DNA of 55,470 bases, from NCBI GenBank assembly GCA_963575745.1, contig CAUYUJ010000156.1:62001-117470 (forward strand), read 5' to 3'. How positions within the stretch are numbered: position 1 is the first letter of the stretch; every line of letters begins with the position of its first letter. This document shows positions 50,561 to 55,470 of this stretch, piece after piece. Below the pieces are notes generated by a model that did not search any database, was not told the origin of the DNA, and saw only the letters and a list, made by a program, of their open reading frames with translations. Position numbers and translations under genes: made by a program. The DNA is from Prorocentrum cordatum (lineage: Eukaryota).

Positions 50561-53500
50561 TCTTGTTCACACACGCTGGCGACCGACGGCCAGAGGGGCA
50601 CGCCTGCCTAGGAACGCATCCGCGAGCAGTGACGAGCAACGAATGCCATTGCTTCGACAGCGGGCCCTCGAAGACGTCAGAAGCGCGCCTCCGTCCTGCC
50701 TCCCGCGCTCGCCGGCCCTCGTCGGTGGCGACGGGCTACACGGCCGCCGCGTGGCCCTCAGCGTGCGCCAGGGCCCGTTGACAGCCGTCGGGTCGCCGCC
50801 CGCCTCGCTCGCGCATGCCGAGCAGGCGTTGCCGCGGTGGTCGCGCGGCGTGGTGTGGCGCATTGGTGCTGTGTGCGCGTGTGCGTGGGTGCAGGGCGCT
50901 CCACACACGGCTTCGCCGTCGAGGCACCGAGAGGTTGACCTCTCGGTGTTGGTGGAAGCTGGCCAGGCGAGAGCAATCCCGTCAGCCTCCACAGCACATC
51001 CATGTACCGCAGGACTCGCCTCCAGATGTACAAGATGTTCGGCGCATGGTTTGGCATGCATTGGGGACGAGAGCGGCGGGCAACATTGGCCCTCTCAAGC
51101 CTTCAACATCATGTGTTTTCACGGCGTGGACTCTGGTGTTGGCAACCTCATCGCTGCGTTGTTTTATTGTTCGGGTCCAAGCGTCCAGCAATTGTGTTCA
51201 GACGCCAGCGCTGCGAAAACGACGCGTGTAGCAATTGTCTCTCGACGCCAGAGGTCTGGGCCTGAGTCCCAGTGCCGTCCACGATTCGTTTGATTCGACG
51301 GTCCGTGTCAGCATCGGATGCCGAATGGTGCGTCATAGCACGCAAGCGCAGCGCGGGGACACCGCAGGCACTGGCGGATGCAGTTATCCACCAATACACC
51401 GCGGGGATCCGCGAAGTTAGCACTACGCAAGATTCTGAGCGAATGTCAGAACCTGCATCGGAATCTCCGCCCCCCCTTACGCGTCGACCGCGCGATGCGG
51501 CAGCGCTGGTATCGAGACACCGCTAACAACCATACAGCAGGCACATCGAACACATTGCCCTGCCAGCAGGTGCCTCACGGAGCGGTCTTCTTCCTTGGTG
51601 GCCTTCGGAACGCACAGAAGCTATGGGTCAAATCGGGTTCCCCAAGCATCGGCGAATCATGCGCTCCGGTATGTTTCACAGCACGACTTATAGTTGTATG
51701 TGTAAGCCGTCTGTTTCGATAGCGGGTATGTTGGTGTCTCCACGGTTGAAAAAAAAAACACACACGCACACACACACACACACACGCTCTGTCTGACATG
51801 TGGTTCGCGGCGAGCGGGACTGCGTGCGTGCGCTGCCGATCGCCCGCAAAACCGAGGTGAGGGTTCGTGCCACTACCCCGCTCTTTGAGCCCCGACCCTC
51901 CCCCCACCTGTGCCACGAAGGACAGGGGGGTCCTTCGTGAAACGGGCCCTATAGACCCCTGGGCGTACCTCACCAGCTCGAGACAGGTTCTTATCTTTGT
52001 GCCTGGCATCATCCCACCTCGGTGCCCATCTTGGGGATCCCCCCCAGCTTCTGAGGGCACATCCCTAAGATTGCCATCGCCTTGGGCTTGCCGACCTCAA
52101 GGGCAGGGACACGTCCGAAGCTGGTTAGCACCCCCGAGGACTGGTGTCGCGTCTCCACTCCGAGCCGTCCGTGGGACCGCTCCTGGCCCGCGGAGAGGTC
52201 CCCACGGGGCCCCGTCAAAGCGGCGGAGGATCTCCAGGATGAGGATGAGGACGGGGAGGGGGAAGAGGCGGAGGGGGAGGGGGAGGGGGAGGAGGGGGAG
52301 GGGGAGGAGGAGGTGGAGGAGGAGGAGGAGGAGGAGGAGGAGGAGGAGGAGGAGGAGGAGAGGAGCAGGAGGGGGGCTAGGACGAGGATGAGGACCACAA
52401 CGAGGATTAGGAGGAGGCCTTCGCGGGTCTTCTGTTGTGAGGGCCTCCTGGAGGGCCTTCGGAGCTATCTCGGGGTCTCCTTGGGGCCCTCTCCGCCAGG
52501 ATCCATCCCCTGCGTGCAAACAGTCGGTGACGAGCGAGGGGAGGGGAAGTGAGAAGGAGAAGGCGGCGGGCCTTCTCAGAAGCCCTCGCGCCTTCTGATA
52601 ACCGTTCTGTGTCTTCGGGGGAGGTGCTGAAAACTTCTCAGAAGGTCGCGGGCCTCCCGAGCCTTCCGAGAAGGCCTTCCCCTTCTCGCTTCCCCGCCTC
52701 GCTCGCCGCCGAAACAGCCCTGCCGCCCCCCCTGCAGGCGCGACCCTGGCGACCTGGAGCTGCCCCGGGAGCCCCGCTTCTCGGGCCTGGACGCGGGGGG
52801 AGAGCAGAACCGTTCTGGCCCTCCCGGGGGGGGCTCCGAGCAGATGGGGTCGGAGGATCACTCCGCATCGCCGATGCACCGGCGATGCGGCTCGATGCCG
52901 AGCCCAGTCTTCGGCACGCCGACGCATCGGCGATGCGTCGGCGATGCGGCGCGGTCCTCCGACCCCGCTTCCTCGGACCCACTGTGGGAGGCCGTCACGA
53001 CACCGATGCCATGGGCTCGAGCTGAGCGGTCTGTTGGCAGTCTCGTGGACCGTTGTCGTCTCGACCTCGCTCTGTAGCTCGGGGGCAGAGCGGAGACCAG
53101 ACGAGGGAGAGCGAGCACGAGACGATGCCGAGACGCACTGCGTAGCTCGAGCCTGATCGCTGGCTGCCGCGGCTCCCCGGGGGCCTCTCCCTGGGTTACG
53201 CTCCGACGAGGATCACGAAACGCGCTTGGCCTCAAGTCGGGCCTGTCCCTCTACAGGGGAAAATCCCAAATCAGTGCAAACATAGCCTGGGGACTATGTT
53301 TTTACAACGTTTGAGCATCTTTAGGGTTTTTTTTTATCTTTGGTCCAAAATCGGCCTGTATGGGGGACAGGCCCGACTTAAGCTCGGCCCTCTCTGGTGG
53401 CGGCGGGGGAAGGTGCAGGTGCAGGGAGAGGAGCGCAGCAGCCTCCGACCGCTCGCTCGTCGCCGACGGGAGCCTTGCACGGCTGTGGATGACGAGCAAT

Positions 53501-54349
53501 GGAGAGAAAGCAGGTTGCCAAACAATTTCCAGATGCCAAAAACATGTGTGAGGCCCCAAAGAACCCTCAGGAGGCCCCCAAGACGCCCCCAAGAGGCCCC
53601 CTAAGAGGCTCTAAGAGGCCCCCTAAGAGGCCTCTTGGAGGCCCTAAGAGGCCCCCAAGAGGCCCCCACGGGCCTGCGGAATGAGCGAAGCGATTCAATA
53701 ATTTCCAGATGTCTAAAACATGTGTTAAATTTGTGTTTAAGTGTGTAAAGCACATGTTTAAAACAGGTTTAGGCCATGTTCCGACATGTGAAACACGTTT
53801 TAAGTTCATTGATGAGACTGTTAGGGTGTCAATTGTCGTGGCATCCACATGAGTACGGTTGGGCCGAGGTATCAGATCGAGGTAGGTTCGCCTGGGCCTC
53901 CCAGATGAGGTCCGAGCAGATGGTGTCGGAGGATCGCGCCGCATCGCCGATGCATCGCCGATGCGGCTCGATGTGGGGCCCGATCTGTTTCATGCCGACG
54001 TCGCCGAAGCATCGCCGACGTCGACGATGCAACGTCGGTGCATCCCCGATGCATCGCCGATGCGTCGCCGATGTATTGGCGATGCTCCTCCGACCCATAT
54101 CTACGCCGACCCTATCTAGGAGCCCTCTAGTTCGGGGAGGGTGCCCTAAGGCTCTTCGTATCTGTAGATTTCTGGTACCCCCTCGGCGATCTCGTGGCTT
54201 GGGTGTTTCCCAACACTCCTGCTTTGGGCTTTCGTTTTGAATAGAGCACTGCGGTCGCCAACCTTCTTTTCCTTCTCCCCCTCTCCTCTCCTGTGCGCCT
54301 GGTGGCTTGCATGTGGGGCCTGCGAAATGTGAAGCTGGCATGCCTTGGG

Positions 54350-54990
54350 AGCTGGGATCTGCGAAACTGTCACCACTTTCGAGGGCTTCCGGGGGGACCA
54401 GCATAGTAGGTACCCGCCGCGGAGTCAGCTTAGACCTCGCCATCCCTGGGGAGCTGCGATCTGCGAAACTGTCGCCACTTTCGAGGGCTGCTGGGGTGGC
54501 CAGCATAGTGGGTACCCGCCGCGGATTCAGATTTGGCCTCGCCATCCCTCGGGGGCTGCGATCTGCGAAACTGCCGCCACTTTCGAGGGCTGCTGGGGGT
54601 CCAGCGGAGTCAGGCACCACCAAGACTCAGATTAGACCTCGCCATCCCTGGGGGGCTGCGATCTGAGAAATTGTCGCCACGTTCGAGGTCTGCTGAGGGG
54701 TCCAGCGGAGTGCGGCACCACCCAGACTGGGGGGCTGCGATCTGCGAAACTGTTACCACTTTCGAGGGCTGCTGGGGTTCCAACGGAATGAAGCACCACC
54801 CAGACTCAGATTGGACCTCGCCATCCGTTGGGGGCTGCGATCTGCGAAATAGTCGCCACTTTCGAGGGCTGCTGGGGGGTTCAGCGGAGTGAGGCACCAC
54901 CCAGACTCAGATTAGACCTCGCCATCCCTGGGGGGCTGCGATCTGCGAAAGTGTCGCCACTTTCGAGATCTGCAGGGGGATCCAGCGGGG
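54350..54990 (-). repeat. Second array (about 7 units) of the ~101-bp satellite, inverted relative to 31688-33010
   Basis: GATCTGCGAAACTGTCGCCACTTTCGAGGGCTGCTGGGG and AGACCTCGCCATCCCTGGGG are the reverse complement of the 31.7-33 kb core. Confidence 0.93.
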
Positions 54991-55470
54991 TGCCGTCGCG
55001 GACCGCCCGCAGACCTGGCGGCGCGCCTTCGAGCGTTTGTTTAGCTCCCGCAGTGAAGAGTGCGGGAAGGAAGCAGGGAAGCTGGCGGGTGAGCTAGGCT
55101 TCGCTTCGCTGATTTAAGGAGCTTTGATCAGCTTTAATCATTTAGTCGAGCGCCGCGGCGACATGGCGCAGGCAGCGCTGAATCTCTAGCGCACTACCGA
55201 CAAACGGCAACATTCTTCGGTCTCCTCACGCCACTTTCGTCGTCGTCCTCTGCCCCCTGCCACCTTTCCTCTGCTGCTGCCGCGCTGACGGGTCGCCCCC
55301 CCCCCCCCCCCCCCCCCCCACGGGCCCCCCCCCCGGTTTTTTTTTACCGCGTCCTTATTTCTGGTCCCCACGCTTCCTTCCTGCCCGCATGTCTTCTTCA
55401 AGCTTGGGCGCTCGCTCCTCGTCCTCATGCTGGTGTCCTGTGAGCCGTGCCACGTGACCGCGTCCCATCT

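Overview
Repeat-dominated, GC-rich eukaryotic genomic DNA. An exact 22-nt dinoflagellate spliced leader (DinoSL, TCCGTAGCCATTTTGGCTCAAG, 25597-25618) points to a dinoflagellate nuclear genome. Most ORFs in the six-frame track are artefacts of microsatellites and satellites. Supportable content: (1) a near full-length but mutated L1/Tx1-type LINE on + (about 25597-30800; ORF1, APE endonuclease, RT, CCHC) that starts exactly at the DinoSL, with a second decayed SL directly behind it; (2) a 5'-truncated, decayed LINE on - (about 740-3250) with RT, CCHC and a C-terminal archaeal/Rv2228c-type RNase H; (3) an intronless, frameshifted gene copy with 29-aa repeats behind a possible SL relic (15501-17297); (4) a possible C5-DNA-methyltransferase motif-I fragment (50410-50560, -); (5) several MITE/foldback families; (6) satellites of 78, ~82, ~87, ~101 and ~113 bp, kb-scale local duplications and many microsatellites; (7) short unique GC-rich islands that may be host exons but cannot be identified. 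The best candidate for a new system is a LINE whose RNA is SL trans-spliced and re-integrated together with its leader, apparently more than once.
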